Under the pieces are notes generated by a model, which was not told the DNA's origin, searched no databases, and saw only the letters and a program-made list of their open reading frames with translations. Made by a program: the position numbers and the translations under genes. This document shows, one piece after another, positions 27,751 to 40,999 of a stretch of 64,000 bases of DNA. Source of the DNA: the human T2T-CHM13v2.0 reference genome, Homo sapiens; the NCBI RefSeq assembly GCF_009914755.1, contig NC_060947.1; one strand, written 5' to 3'. The stretch's first letter is position 1, and each line of letters starts with the position of its first letter.

Positions 27751-29708
27751 TGAAGGACATCCAAATAGGAGCAGAGGAAGTCAAACTATCCCTGTTTGCA
27801 GAACGCATGACCTTATATCTAGAAAACCCCATAGTCTTGGCCTCAAAACTCCATAAGCTGATAAAAATTTCTGCAAAATCTCAGGATACAAAAATCAATG
27901 TAGCAAATTAACTAGCTTTCCTATACACCAACAATAGCAAAGCCAAGAGCCAATAAGGAATGAAACCTCATTCACAATTATGACAAAAAGAATAAAATAC
28001 CTAAGAATTCAGATATCCAGGGAGATCAAAATCTGTATGATGAGAACTACAAAACACTGCTCAAAGAGATCAGAAATTACAGAAACAAATGGAAAAATAT
28101 TCTATGCTCATAGATAGGAAGAATCAATATAATTAAAATGGCCACACTGCCCAAAGCAATTTATAGATTTAATGCAATTCCTATCAAGCTACCAATAACA
28201 TTCTGTACAGAACTAAAGAAAACGGTTTTAAAATTCATATGGAACCAAAAAGAGCCCCAATAGCCAAGGCAATCCTAAACAAAAAACAAAGCTGGAGCCA
28301 TCATGCCACCAGCCTCACACTATAACAAAGGGCTACAGTAACCAAAACAGCATGGTACTGATACAAAGACAGACACACAGACCAATGGAACCAAATCGAG
28401 AATTCAGAAATAAGATTGCACACCCACAACCATCTGATCTTTGATAAAGATGACCAAAAATACAATGGGGTAACTACTTCTTATTGAATCAATGGTGCTG
28501 GGATTACTGGCTGCCATATGCATTTACCCCATACACAAAAAATTAAATGGATTAAGGACTTTAATGTAAAACACAAAACTATGAAAACCCTGGAAGACAA
28601 CCTCGGCAATACAATTCAGGAGATAGGCATGGCAAAGAGTTTGTGACAAAGATGGCAAAAGCAACTGCAGCAAAACAAGGATTGACAAATGGGATCTAAT
28701 TAAATGAAAGAGCTTCTGCACAGCAAAATAAACTAACAACAGAATAAACAGGCAGTCTACAAAATGGAACAACATTTTTGCAAACTATACATATGACAAA
28801 GGTCTAATAGCCAGCATCTATAAGGAACTTAAACAAAAAAAGAAAAAGACAAACAATCCCATAATAAAAGTGTGCAAAGGACATGAACAGAAACATTTTA
28901 AAATAAGACATATATGCGGCCAACAAGCATGTGAAAAGAAGTTCAACATTCATGATTATTAGACAAATGCAAGTCAAAACCACAATGAGATACCATCGCA
29001 TGCCAACCCGAATGGCGATTATTAAAAATTCCAAATCAACAAATGCTGGTGAGGCTGCAGCAAAACAGAAACACTTTTACACAGCTGGTGAGAATGTAAA
29101 TTAGTTTAATCATTGTGGAAGACAGTGTGGTGATTCCTCAAAGGTCTAGAACCAGAAACACCATTTGACCCAGCAATTCCGTTACTGGGTATATACCCAA
29201 AGGAATATAACTCATTCTATCATAAAAACTTGTGCATATGTATATTAATTGCAGCACGATTCATAACAGCTAAGACATGGAATCAACACAAATGCTTATC
29301 AATGGATAAAGAAAATGTGGTACACATATGCCTTGGAATACTATGCGGCCATAAAAAAGAATGAAGTCATATCCTTTTAAGGAACATGGATAGAGCTGGA
29401 GACCATTATCCTTAGCCAACTAATGCAGGATCAGAAAATGAAATACCGCCCGCTCTCACTTACAAGTGGGATCTAAATGATGAGAATACATGGACACATA
29501 GAGGGGAACAATAGAAACTGGGGCATACCTGAGAGTGGAGAGTGGGAGGAGGGAGAGGATCAGGAAAAATAACTAATGGGTACTAGGCTTAACACCTGGG
29601 TGATATAATAATTTGCATATCAAACCTCCGTGACATGAGTTTACCTTTATAACAAGCTTGCACATGCACCCCGTAATATAAAATTAAAGTTAAAGAAAAA
29701 AAAAACAC
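27751..29708 (+). mobile_element. Old L1PA (L1PA13-16-like), sense 3' segment with full 3' UTR and A-tail
   Basis: 'aaggacatccaaatagg…' through 'aaaattaaagttaaagaaaaaaaaaa'; TSD copy aaaatgcccttctga (29709-29723). Confidence 0.88.
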
Positions 29709-30303
29709 AAAATGCCCTTCTGATTATATATTTTTCTTGTACCCCAAATTTGATTAAATGACTTAATAAGAAAAATTGGAATTATTTCTATAAGTCTTTT
29801 TCCCCCCTAACATCCAGCCTATGCTGATTTATTATTCTAATGATTGAAGATTCTCTAGTGTCTTAACATAACTATTATCATAATCTGGGGCTCTGATGAA
29901 GAGGGTGTATGTTATGAAATTATGGGATCACATCCCTCATTAACTTATATTTTTGTTAAATCTTTAAATATCTTTAAAACTCAATAATCCCAACAACCAG
30001 GATTTTTTCATGCCTAACCCATGACAAAGTACTCACTAAATTGTGAAAAATAAAAATGTATACATGCTATTTATTAATAATATTCTATTATTATTGTTAA
30101 AATAAAGATAGCCATAGGAGGTATAAGAGACCTTACCCCAACATAAGTCTTGTCTTAAAAAGCAAAAGCTATGGTATCATCTAGGACTCTTAAAAATATT
30201 TATCCTAAAAACTGAGTATGCAGTTGAAGTTTGAGTAGGATGGTTAATGAAACCATCTAGTTACATGTGTTTTGGCTTATATTTTCTTGCATGGCAACCA
30301 CAT

Positions 30304-30460
30304 CAAATTATATAGGATCTCACCAATATCTAGAATAGTTTTATTTATAACATTATTACATTATAGCTGCTTTTAGCAGAGCAAATTATATAGCATCCCA
30401 CTAATATCAAAAATAGTTTTACTTATAACATTATTGTATTATAACTGTTTTATAATAGAA
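30304..30460. repeat. Diverged 78-bp tandem duplication
   Basis: 'caaattatataggatctcaccaatatctagaatagttttatttataacattatt…' at 30304 versus 'caaattatatagcatcccactaatatcaaaaatagttttacttataacattatt…' at 30382. Confidence 0.85.
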
Positions 30461-30652
30461 AACATTATAATTAAAGTTCATTAATTCATCAACAATAATT
30501 ATTCAATAATCATTCTAAATCTAAATTAATTCCATAGTTGGTACTGTGAAAAAAAAAGTTTGAGAAAGAAATATCTGTTTTTCTTACAAAATTATGACCT
30601 AATTAGCCAAGACAGACAAATGTGAAAATTACATGAATAATGACCAAAATAA

Positions 30653-32993
30653 AGAACATGCCTCGACATAATAAAAGCCATATATGACAGACCCACAGCT
30701 AGTATTATACTGAATGGGGAAAATCTGAAAGCCTTTTATTTAAGATGTGGATCATGACAAGGATGCCCTCTTTCACCATTGTTATTTGACAGAGTACTGG
30801 GAGTTGTAGATAGAGCAATTAGACAAGAGAAATAAATAAAGGACATCCACATTAGAAAGGAAGAAATCAAATTATCCTTGTTTGCAAATAATAAGATCTT
30901 ATATTTGGATAATCCTGAAGACTCCACAATAAAGTTATTAGAACTGATAAACAAATGCAGTCAAGTTGCAGGATAAATAATTAACACAAAACATTCAGTA
31001 GCATTTCTATATGTCAAGAGTGAACATGGGGGAAATCACAAAATTAATCCTATTTACAATAGCCACAAATAAATTAAATACCTAGTAATTAACCAAAGAA
31101 GTGAAAGTTCTCTACAATAAAAACTATAAAACACTGATGAAAAATTGAAGAGGACACAAAAATGGAAAGAGATCCCATGTTCATGGATTGAAAAAATCAA
31201 TACTGTTAAATTATCCATACTACCAAAAGCAATCATCTACAGATTTAATGCAATCCCTACCAAAATGCCAATGACATTCTTCACAGAAATAGAAAAAAAA
31301 CTATCCTAAAATTTATATAAAATCACAAATGACCCAAAATAGTCAAAGCTATCCTAAGCAAAAAGAACAAAAGCGGAGGACTCACATTACCTGACTGCAA
31401 ATTATACTACAGAGCTATAGCAACCAAAAATAGTATGAGACTGTTAATGAAAACAGACACATAGACCAATGGAACAGAATAAATAACCCAAAAATAAATG
31501 CACAAACCAACAGTAACACATTTCCACAATGGTGCCAAGAACATACACTGGGGAAAAGACAGTCTTTTCAATAAATGGTGCTGGGGAAGCTGGATATCCA
31601 TATGCAGAAGAATGAAGCTAGATCCCTGTTTTTTGCCGTATACAAAAATCAAATTAAAATAAATTAAATACTTAAATCTAAGTGCTGATCATATGAAACT
31701 ACTATGAGAAAACACTGAAGAAAATCCACAGGACATTGATCTGTGCAAAATTTTTGTGTGTGTGTAATACCCCACAAGCACAGGCAACTACAACAAAAAT
31801 GGACAAATGGGATCACATCAAGTTAAAAAGCTTATGCACAGCAAAGAAAACAATCATCAAAGTGAAGGGACAACCCATAGAATGGGAGAAAATTTTTGCA
31901 GACATCCCATCTGATAAGAGATTAATAATCAGAATATATAAGGAGCTAAAATTACTCAGTAAGAAAAAAAATCTGATAATATAATTTAAAATGGGCAAAA
32001 TATCTAAATACACATTTCTCAAAAGAAGGCATGCAAATGACAAACAGGCATATGAATAGGTGCTCAACATCATTGATCATCAGAGAAATGCAAATCAAAA
32101 CTGCAATGAGGTATCTTCTCAATCCAGTTAAAATGGCTTTTATCCAATAGACAGGCAATATTTGATGCTGGTGAGGATGTAGAGAAAATGAAACCATGTT
32201 ACACTGTTGGTGGCAATGTGAATTAGTACAACCACTATGGAGAACAGTTTTTGGAGGTTCCTCAGACAACTAAAAATAGAGCTACCATATAATCCTGCAA
32301 TCCCAGTGCTACATATATACCCAAAAGAAAGAAACTCATTTTATGGAAGAGATATCTGCACTCCTATGCTTATTGCAGCACTGTTTACAATAGCTAAGAT
32401 TTGGAAGCAACCTAAGTGTTCATCAACAGATGAACAGATAAAGAAAATATGGCACATATACACAATGGAGTGCAATTCAGCCATGCAAATGAATGATATC
32501 CTGTTGTTTTCAACAACATGGATGAAACGGGAGGTCATTATTTTAAGTGAAATAAGTCAGGCACAGAAAGACAAATATTGCATGTCCTCATTTATCTGTA
32601 GGAATTAAAATTCAAAACAATTGATCTCATGGAAATGGAGAGTAGAAGGATAATTACCAGAGGCTGGAAAAAGCAGTGAGGGGTTAGGGGGAAGGTGGGA
32701 ATGGTGAATGTGTACAAAAAGTAATTACTATAAATACGACCTAGTATTCCATAGCACAACAGGGTGACTATAGTGAACATAAATTAATTGTATATATTAC
32801 AATAACTCAGAGTATAATTGAATTGTTTTTAACACAAAGGATAAATGGTTAAAAGGATGGATACTCCATTTTCCATGATGTGATTATTAGGCTATGCATG
32901 CCTTTATCAAAATAGCTCATGTATCCCATAAATATATACACCTACTGTGTACCCACAAAAATTAAAATTAAAGATTAAAAAACAAAGAAAAAT
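30653..32993 (+). mobile_element. L1MA-type LINE-1, 5'-truncated, with 3' UTR and tail
   Basis: ORF2 remnants ([35 protein letters not shown]); L1MA 3' end; TSD aataatgaccaaaataa (30636-30652) / aatcatgtccaaaataa (32994-33010). Confidence 0.88.
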
Positions 32994-34309
32994 AATCATG
33001 TCCAAAATAAGTTTGTAGTACCAATTATGAAGATCAAGCTGTATAAATAATGTTAAAAGATACAGGATATATGCATATGATTTGTACTAATTAAAGAAAA
33101 ATCTCTGTGCCAGAATACTTTTTTCAATCAACATTTTGAAAGAAATCTAGTATAAGTATAGCTAGGAAGAGTGATCTCTGAAAGACTGTTAACTTGTGGA
33201 GACAGACGGAAAGTAAAAATGTTACATTGGGAATGTAAAGTTAGTTTTCCTAGCTGAAGAGCAAACCATGATAGAGAGTAGCTAAAAATAAAGTTGGTGA
33301 ATTGTGGCATAATGAGATGGGGAAGGTGAGAGCTGATAAGAGGTCATAGAAACCCATAAGATAAATTTTGCAAAATTAGTGATAAGAAACTGCAGGACTT
33401 TGAAAAGTGAAATGACATGGTCAAATGTTTTTAAAGTAAAATGATTATTGTTTCCCTGAGTATGAGAGTTTTATAAAAGGCTGAGGACAAGTAAACCAGC
33501 TACACATATTTTTTACAAAATTGTCTGAAGTTTTAATATGCATTAATTCATCTATCAGTATATTTCCTACTGTGAAATATACCCTCATTACAAAATAATC
33601 TAATGAAACCAAAAGTATATGAATGCCTAATTTTTATCACAAATAGATAAAAGTCTTGGCACATGAAAGACAATATTCTTATTATCTTTTTCTGCTTTAT
33701 ATATTTACCCAATCCATACTAAGAAAGCTAAATTTAAAAAGAATTTGAAAATTTTAACTCAGAAAGATTTTGAATATTTTTTACACATTTTCCTTAGAAA
33801 CCTATATATGTTATGAAGTTACATTTATCTTTTTAAAAAATTTATATGTGGCTTATACGGAGGCTACAATTTAAAAAATTAGATGAATGATGCTATGCTA
33901 AAAATGATAAAGAAATTATATTGGTATCTTGGAAATATAACTCATCTTTTCCTAAAAAAATTACAATTTATAGTACTATCTGGATTAATATCTTTCTATA
34001 TTTAAACAATACCCACTTATATTTCAGTAGCAAATCAGAGGCAGTGCATAAATAGCTGATACTATAGCAAAGCAATGTTTTCATTTGGAACTGATGCTTT
34101 TTTTTGGAAAAGACGCTTCTAAAGTCATAGATAACTTCAATGATGAAAAAATAGTTAACGGCATACAAGTCAGTGCCAAGTACATTTTATGCTATATGTA
34201 TTTTAAATCTTCCACTTATGAACTTGAAGGAAAATGCAATAATGAAGCAGCTTGATTTGATAGGCAACAAGGGTCAGGTAAGGGCTGCATAGAAAAATAT
34301 TTATCTTGA

Positions 34310-34799
34310 TGTATTAGTCAGGATTCTCTAGAGGGACAGAACTAATAGGATTTATATATATATATATATCCTATTATATTAAATCCAATACTGTTCATAT
34401 ATACATATATGAAAGTTTATTAAATATTAACTCACATGATCACAAGGTCCCACATTAAGCTGTCTGAAAGCTGAGCTGTAAAGAGAGCCAGTTCAAGTCC
34501 CAAAACAGAAGAACATGGAGTCTGATATTAGAGGGCAGGGAGCACCCAGCTCGGGAGAAAAAGGTAGGCTAGGGGTTAGGCCATTCTCGTCTTTTATACA
34601 TTTATCTGCCTGCTTTTTTATTCTAGCCACATTGGCCACTGATCAGATGGTTTCCACTCAGATTAAAGGTGGGTCTGCCTTTCCCAGCCCGCTGAGTCAA
34701 ATGTTAATCTCTTTTGGCAACACCCTCACAGACACACCCAGGATCAATATTTTGTATCCTTCAATCCAATCAAGTTGACACTGAGTATTAACCATCACA
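34310..34799 (-). mobile_element. MLT2A LTR (3' LTR of the HERV-L provirus)
   Basis: 'tgtattagtcaggattctctagagggacagaactaatagga…caagttgacactgagtattaaccatcaca'; flanked by TSD cttga (34305-34309). Confidence 0.92.
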
Positions 34800-35399
34800 A
34801 GTTCACCGCTTGTCAACTTGAGTCCATACACATCTCCAGAGATCATACATAATCTTCAAATAAAGACAAAAATAAGGTCATAGTTATGCCGGACATAATA
34901 CAATTATCCTTCATACAACTGCAAATGCACCAATCCCCAACGCAAATACTATTACATAAATACTATTACATAAAGTTAATGATACTTAAATGTTGAAGTG
35001 AAGTCAATAAATCTTATGTCACATGATAAAGGAAAAGTAAAATAAAATGAAGCTATTTTCTTGGTACAAGTTTAGACATGCAAAACATGTTTTAACAAAA
35101 GAAGGAGGAAATACTCATGACAATTACAGTGCCCATTTCTGCAGTTGATCACATGGTTGTAGCTCGTATTGATGACTACCTTTTTCTACTACCCATTCTG
35201 TATTCCATTTGCCTTCAGCAAGCACCTCAGCAGGTCATGGTTCTTTTTTTTTTTTTTTTTTTTTTCCTGGTGGAGTGATCCAAATCTTCATTCCTGAAGC
35301 TTTTGGACAATTTGTAGTCTTGTCTAGATTGGGCTGTTGTAGTTTCCCATTGACCTTAATCACAAGGCATGGTGATACTAAGAGATGCCCTAATGGATA

Positions 35400-35700
35400 T
35401 CCTGTATTCCACGCATAGTCTTCCTTACCTCCACTGTGGAGTAGTAGACTGATAATCTACTCATCTTGATAGTCTGGGTCAACCACCCCAGCCAAGACTG
35501 TAACTCCCTTAGTCTGTTGACTTAAAGGTAAGAGGAGCCCAAAGTGTCCAGGTGGCAATCTTAACTTCCAGTTTAATGAAATTGTTGTTGTATCTCCTGG
35601 TGGCAGAATTACTTCCTCTGGAACTTAGACCTCTAGGCCAGCAGAATGTAATGTTATGGCAAAAGGAAGCAAAAATTTTGCTAGTGGATCACTAGGGGTG
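35400..35700 (-). pseudogene. HERV-L dUTPase remnant
   Basis: Manual translation gives …LPPGDTTTISLNWKLRLPPGHFGLLLPL… and …GVTVLAGVVDPDYQDE…, interrupted by a stop. Confidence 0.8.
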
Positions 35701-38056
35701 ATTCTTCCACCCCATTAATTCCTGGACCCATGAATGCTGGCTATGAGAGTAACAATACAATATATTGGACTCTGATTTAGAGTATACATGGCCTTCTGAA
35801 GAACTTTGCCCTAGCCCTGCAAAGTATTGTCACTTAGTTGGCATTGTAATTGTGACTTAAAAAGGCCATTCTCCCGTTCTATCAATACAGCTGCTTCAGG
35901 ATAATGGGGAACATGATAAGAACAGTGAATTCCATGAGCATGAGCCCTCTGCCTCTCTACTTTAGCCATAAAGTGAGTGCCTTAATCAGAGGCAATGCTG
36001 TGTGTAAACCATGACAGTAGATAAGGCATTCCATTAGTACACAGATGATAGTATTGGCAGAAGCATTGTGTGCAGAATAGGCAAGCCCATATCTGGAGTA
36101 AGTATCTATTCCAGTGAAGACAAACCTCTGCCCTTTCCATGATAGAAGAGGTTCAATATAATTAAGCCGCCACCAGCTAGCTGGCTGATCACCCCAAGGA
36201 ACGGTGCCATATCGAGGACAGTGTTGGTCTCTGCTGCTGGCAAATTGGGCCCTCACCAGTGGCCATAGCCAGGTCATCCTTGGTGAGTAGAAGTCCATGT
36301 TGCTAAGCCCATGTGTAACCTCCATCCCTGCTACCATGGCCACTTTTTTCATGGGCCCATTGGGCAATGACAGGGGTGGCTGAGGAAAGAGGCTTAGTGG
36401 TGTCCAGAGAACGGGTCATCCTAGCCACTTGATTATTAAAATCCTCCTCTGCTGAGGTCACCCGTTGGTGAGCACTCATATGGGAAACAAATATCTTCAC
36501 AGTTTTTGACCACTCAGAGAGATCCATCCACATACCTCTTCCCCAAATTTATGTGTCACTAATTTTCCAGCCATGCTTCTTCTTCCAAGTCCCTGACCAT
36601 ACAGACAAACCATTGGCTACAGCCCATGGATCAGTATATAATCACACATCTGGCCATTTTACCTTCCATGCAAAGTGCATATCCAGGTGCACTGCTTGAA
36701 CTTCTGCCCACTGGGAAAATTTCCCTTCACTGCTGTCCTTGAGGAATGTCCTAGAAAGGGGCTGTAGTGCTGCAGCTGTACACTTTTGAGTGGTGCCTGA
36801 ATATCATTCACAACCATCTGTGAACCAGTCCCTAATCTTCTCTTCCTCTGTCAACTAATCATAGGGAACTCCCCATGAGCCCACCAGTGCAGGCTAGGGG
36901 AGAGAAGGCAGGGTGGCAGGAGTGTAGACCACGGGCATTTATGCCACTTCCTCAAGTAACTTACTTGTGCCTTCAGGACCTGCTCGATCCCAATGACATT
37001 TATACCACTTCCATTATGGCTTGATGAGTCAGAAAGAACGTAGTTCATGATAAACAGTTCAGGTCACATGGTGACTTGATGACCCATAGTCAAACGTTCA
37101 ATTTCCACCAAAGCTCAGTAACAGGCAATGAGCTGTCTCTCAAAAGGAGAGTAGTTATATGCAGAAGATGGCAGGACCTTGCTCTAAAATCCTAGAGGCC
37201 TGTTCTGTGATTCACCTAAGGGGGCCTACCAAAGGCTCCAAACAGCATCCCAATCTGCCACTGACACCTCAAGCACCATTGGATCTGCTGGGTCATGTGG
37301 CCCAAGTGGTAGTGCAGCTTACACAGCAATCTGGACCTGTTGCAGAGCCTTTTCCTGTTCTGGACCCCAGTCAAAAATGGTAGCCTTTCAGGTCACTCAA
37401 AAGACAGGCTGGAGTAATACACTCAGATGAGGAATGTGTTGCCTCTGAAATCCAAGTAGGCCCACTAGGCATTGTGCCTTTTTCTTGGCTGTAGGGAGGG
37501 CTAAATGTAGCAACTTATCCTTCACCTTAGTAGGATTATCTTGACAGGCCCCACACCACTGGACCCCTAGAAATTTTACTGAGGTAGATTGTCCCTGAAT
37601 TTTAGTCAGATTTATTTCCCATCTTCTGGCATGCAAATGTCTTACCAATAAGTCCAGTGTGTTTGCTACTTCTTGCTCACTGGATCCAATCAGCATAATG
37701 TCATTGATGTAATGAACCAGTGTGATGTCATATGGAAGCAAAAAGCAATCAAGGTCTCTCAGAATAAAATTATGACACAAAGGCAAGAGTTGATATACTC
37801 CTAAGCTCAGACAGTAAAGATATATTGTTGGACTTGCCAGCTGAATACAGATTGCTTCTGGCGGGCTGTATGGACAGGAATGGAGAAAAAGCACTTGCCA
37901 ATTCAATGGCTGCATACCAGGTACCAAGCTATATGTTAATTTGCTTAAGCCATGAAACCACATCTGGTACATGAGCTGCAGTTGGAGTCACCACTTGGTT
38001 AAGCTTAGGATAATCCACTGTCCTTCTCCAAGAAAGGTCTGTTTTCTGCACAGGCC
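35701..38056 (-). pseudogene. HERV-L pol remnant (RT, RNaseH, integrase)
   Basis: TLVHYINDIMLIG (YIDD motif mutated to YIND), KFLGVQW, VSHMSAHQ, QWAHEKSGHG, FTGIDTYS; multiple frameshifts and stops. Confidence 0.88.
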
Positions 38057-39797
38057 CTTATTCAAGAGGCTCTTGGTCTGTAAACTGGCTCAAGTCTGGA
38101 AATTGATTGAGGGGCCATGATTCTCTGTTTTTATGATTCAAATTTGTCTTTTGTCCATTCGACCTGAAAGTTTTCTGCTTATATAAATTAAGAATGATTT
38201 AGACTTCCTATCAATTTCATTTCCAGGAACATAGTGATTAATTAGCCAATTCCAGAGCTCTACACGGGTCAGACTATTCTGATTGCTCTTTTTCTTCTGC
38301 TGTCCATTACAGTAGCTATGCCCACCTTACCTTTGAGAGTTGAGTGCTGCCACTTGGCATCTGCCGCCTTGAGATCTAATTCTTTCCCATTGTATTTAAG
38401 TTTTGTAGTTGAGTTACTGTCATTCTCACTGTTAAAACTGACATACATAGTAGAGACATTACATTGCTCTTCAAAGATGCAGGTGCTGCCCTCACACATA
38501 TATTTCACAAGGCATTGGTCAAGGGTATATCTTATGGACCCTCCCAATTGGAATGATTAAGTCTAATGGGACTAATCCACTCCCCCATCCCAATCTCCCT
38601 AAGCCTTTGGGTCTTTTCCTCTACATTAAACCAAGGGAGATTAGGCATTTCTAGCTCACTCACATTGGGCCATCTTTTAATCCATATTCCAGCTAACAAA
38701 GCAAATAACCATTAGAACCTTTTTAACTCCTCGATCTTCAACATTAAATGCAGAGTCTTTACTTAGTGAGCCCAAATCAATAAATTCAGCCTGATCTGAC
38801 TCTGTGTTCCTTCCACCATTATCCCACACCCTTAATATCCATTCCCATACTTGTTCTCCAGGTTGCTGTTTATATAAATTAGAAAACTCCAGCAGTTCTT
38901 TTCGAGTGTAGCACACGTCCTCATGAGTCACACTGTCAACCTCACCTCTAGGGGTCCACTGGGGCTTTGGTCTAGTTATAGGCCTGGAATCAAACAGGGG
39001 TTTTGTGGGTGGCTTCTGAGGAGAATCAACATTATCTTGCCTGGCAACTGCCTCAGGGGAGGCCATCACTGTTGCCTGAGGTAGTGCAGGGTTTATCTCC
39101 TCAGACAAAGGTGGAAAGACTGATGGCATCATGCGTTCTGAAGATGTTGCCACTACTGGGGATAAGGAAGCTGTTTCCTCTTGCAAAAAAAAGGTTTATC
39201 AGAGTTTACAAACTCTGTATCCCCAGCCTTATCAGGGTCCTCCCACACATCCACATTCTAAGTTGCAGAGTTCAGTTCTTTTCCTATCAATGCTCTCACT
39301 TTAACAGTAGACACCTGGTGAGGTTGTGCATGCACCCTTTGTTGCAGGATAGCTACTCACATGATAAGATCTGGTGTCTATTTTTCCACAATTTTAGCTA
39401 TTTCTCTACATGATATAAGACTCGCACTCAGGGCAAAGTTAGCCGATTTGAGGTCCAGTATCTGCTTCTGAAGCGAGGAGATAGTGTCCCTGAGTTAATC
39501 ATTTTCTTTCATCACTCTGTCCACTAAACTTAGGAGCAACCAACCAGCTTCCTTATATTCTTTGGTTCTCCATATATGGTCAAAGGTATTATGTATAGAG
39601 TCACTAAACTCCTTGCCTCTCATGAGTGGCAAATCAGAAGTGTCAAATGCATTTATTTTGCATAACTCTTTAAACAGTTCATGCCAAGGACTATCAGTGT
39701 TCTCCATACTATTACAAGTAGAGTCCTTAGCAGTTTGGAGTCTAATCATATTAAGCAGCCAACTCCAGAAGCGCCCAAACCAATTAAAGGACTGCAT
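38057..39797 (-). pseudogene. HERV-L gag remnant
   Basis: ORF fragments DSPWHELFKELCKINAFD… and …YTRKELLEFSNLYKQQPGEQVWEWILRVWDNGG…. Confidence 0.85.
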
Positions 39798-39820
39798 ATT
39801 TAATATTCTGTTCCTCTAGA

Positions 39821-39837
39821 ACCACTCCTGGTACCAA
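39821..39837 (-). promoter_or_regulatory. Primer binding site (tRNA-Leu type)
   Basis: Minus strand reads 'ttggtaccaggagtggt' just inside the 5' LTR. Confidence 0.75.
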
Positions 39838-39841
39838 AATC

Positions 39842-40289
39842 TGTATGAATCAGAGTTCTGTAGAGGGACAGAACTAATAGTACATATGTACATATATAGG
39901 GGAGTTTATCAAGCATTAACTTAAACAATCAGAAGTTCCCACAATAGGTTGCTGCAAGCTGAGGGGTAGAGAGAGTTAGTCCAAGTCCCAACACTGAAGA
40001 ACTTGGGATCCGATATTCAAGGGCAGGAAACCTCCAGCAAGGGAGAAAGATGTAGGCTGGGAGGCTAGGTCAGTCCCATCTTTTTTTCATTTTTCTGCCT
40101 GCTTTTTATATTCCAGCTATACTGGCAGCTGATCATATGGTGCCCACCCAGATTAATTGTTGTTCTGCCTTTCCCAGCCCAGTGAGTCAAACGTTAATCT
40201 CTTTTGGCAACACCCTCACAGACACACCCATGATCAATATTTTGTATCTTTTAATCCAATCAAGTTGACACTCAGTATTAACCATCACA
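39842..40289 (-). mobile_element. MLT2A LTR (5' LTR of the HERV-L provirus)
   Basis: Homologous to 34310-34799; ends 'accatcaca' followed by TSD copy cttgc (40290-40294). Confidence 0.92.
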
Positions 40290-40999
40290 CTTGCCATTTA
40301 TTTTGCAGCCGGCATATGGAAAACACAGATTACTAGAAAATACTACTTTTATTTTCTCACGTTCATTAATTTTATAAAAAGCAATATAGATATTTTCAAA
40401 ATTGCTCATAAGTCAAACTTTTAAGACTCTGTTACCAATAATGTAGAATTGAGGATACTCTTGCCTCTGATTATTCATTCTCTGACTTTTTTCCTTCCTC
40501 TTTGTACTAAATGAAGCTCTGTTGCTTTTTATTACTTTACTCACCATTCCTCTACTGAGCACTTCAAATATGCCAGACATTATGCTAAGTACCATGACTA
40601 CAAATATGAAGAAGACCCTGGCCTATTTTCCAACATTTTTCTTTCTTTTCTCTTTCTTCCTTAAGCAATGCCACTGACCTTTCTCCCAAATTCCAGTCCT
40701 ATATTTCCAATTTCCTGATGAATAATTTTCTCAGTGTGTCATTGATACCACAAATTATGCATATTCCAAGCTGAATTCATCATCTATTTTATCATACTTT
40801 TTAACTTGTATTAGTCATTTACTTAATTTCTGTCATTTCTTTTCTTCAGCCGTCTACCAATCCTACATGTTCAATTATTACTGCTACAAAAATACAACCC
40901 ATACTACAAACACATTGCAAATCATGGATAGGAAATTTCACTTCTCCCCATAATTCCCTCCCTAATTTAACAGTGAGAAATCAAAGACAGTAAGAGTTA

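Larger units (their letters stand above)
34800..39841 (-). mobile_element. HERV-L internal region (gag, pol, dUTPase; no env; protease deleted)
   Basis: Minus-strand ORF fragments of gag, RT, RNaseH, integrase and dUTPase between two MLT2A LTRs; polypurine-tract-like sequence at 34800-34818. Confidence 0.93.

Noticed and set aside
33050-33480. Faint L2/MIR/L1ME-like relics here and at ~12850-12930, 19900-20150, 26620-26760, 40540-40790, 52290-52620 and 53170-53340
   Set aside because: Too diverged to bound or name reliably by eye; left unannotated pending a Dfam search.
34800-39841. Possible coding-competent or domesticated HERV-L gene
   Set aside because: gag, pol and dUTPase are all broken by stops and frameshifts, the RT motif is YIND, and protease is missing.
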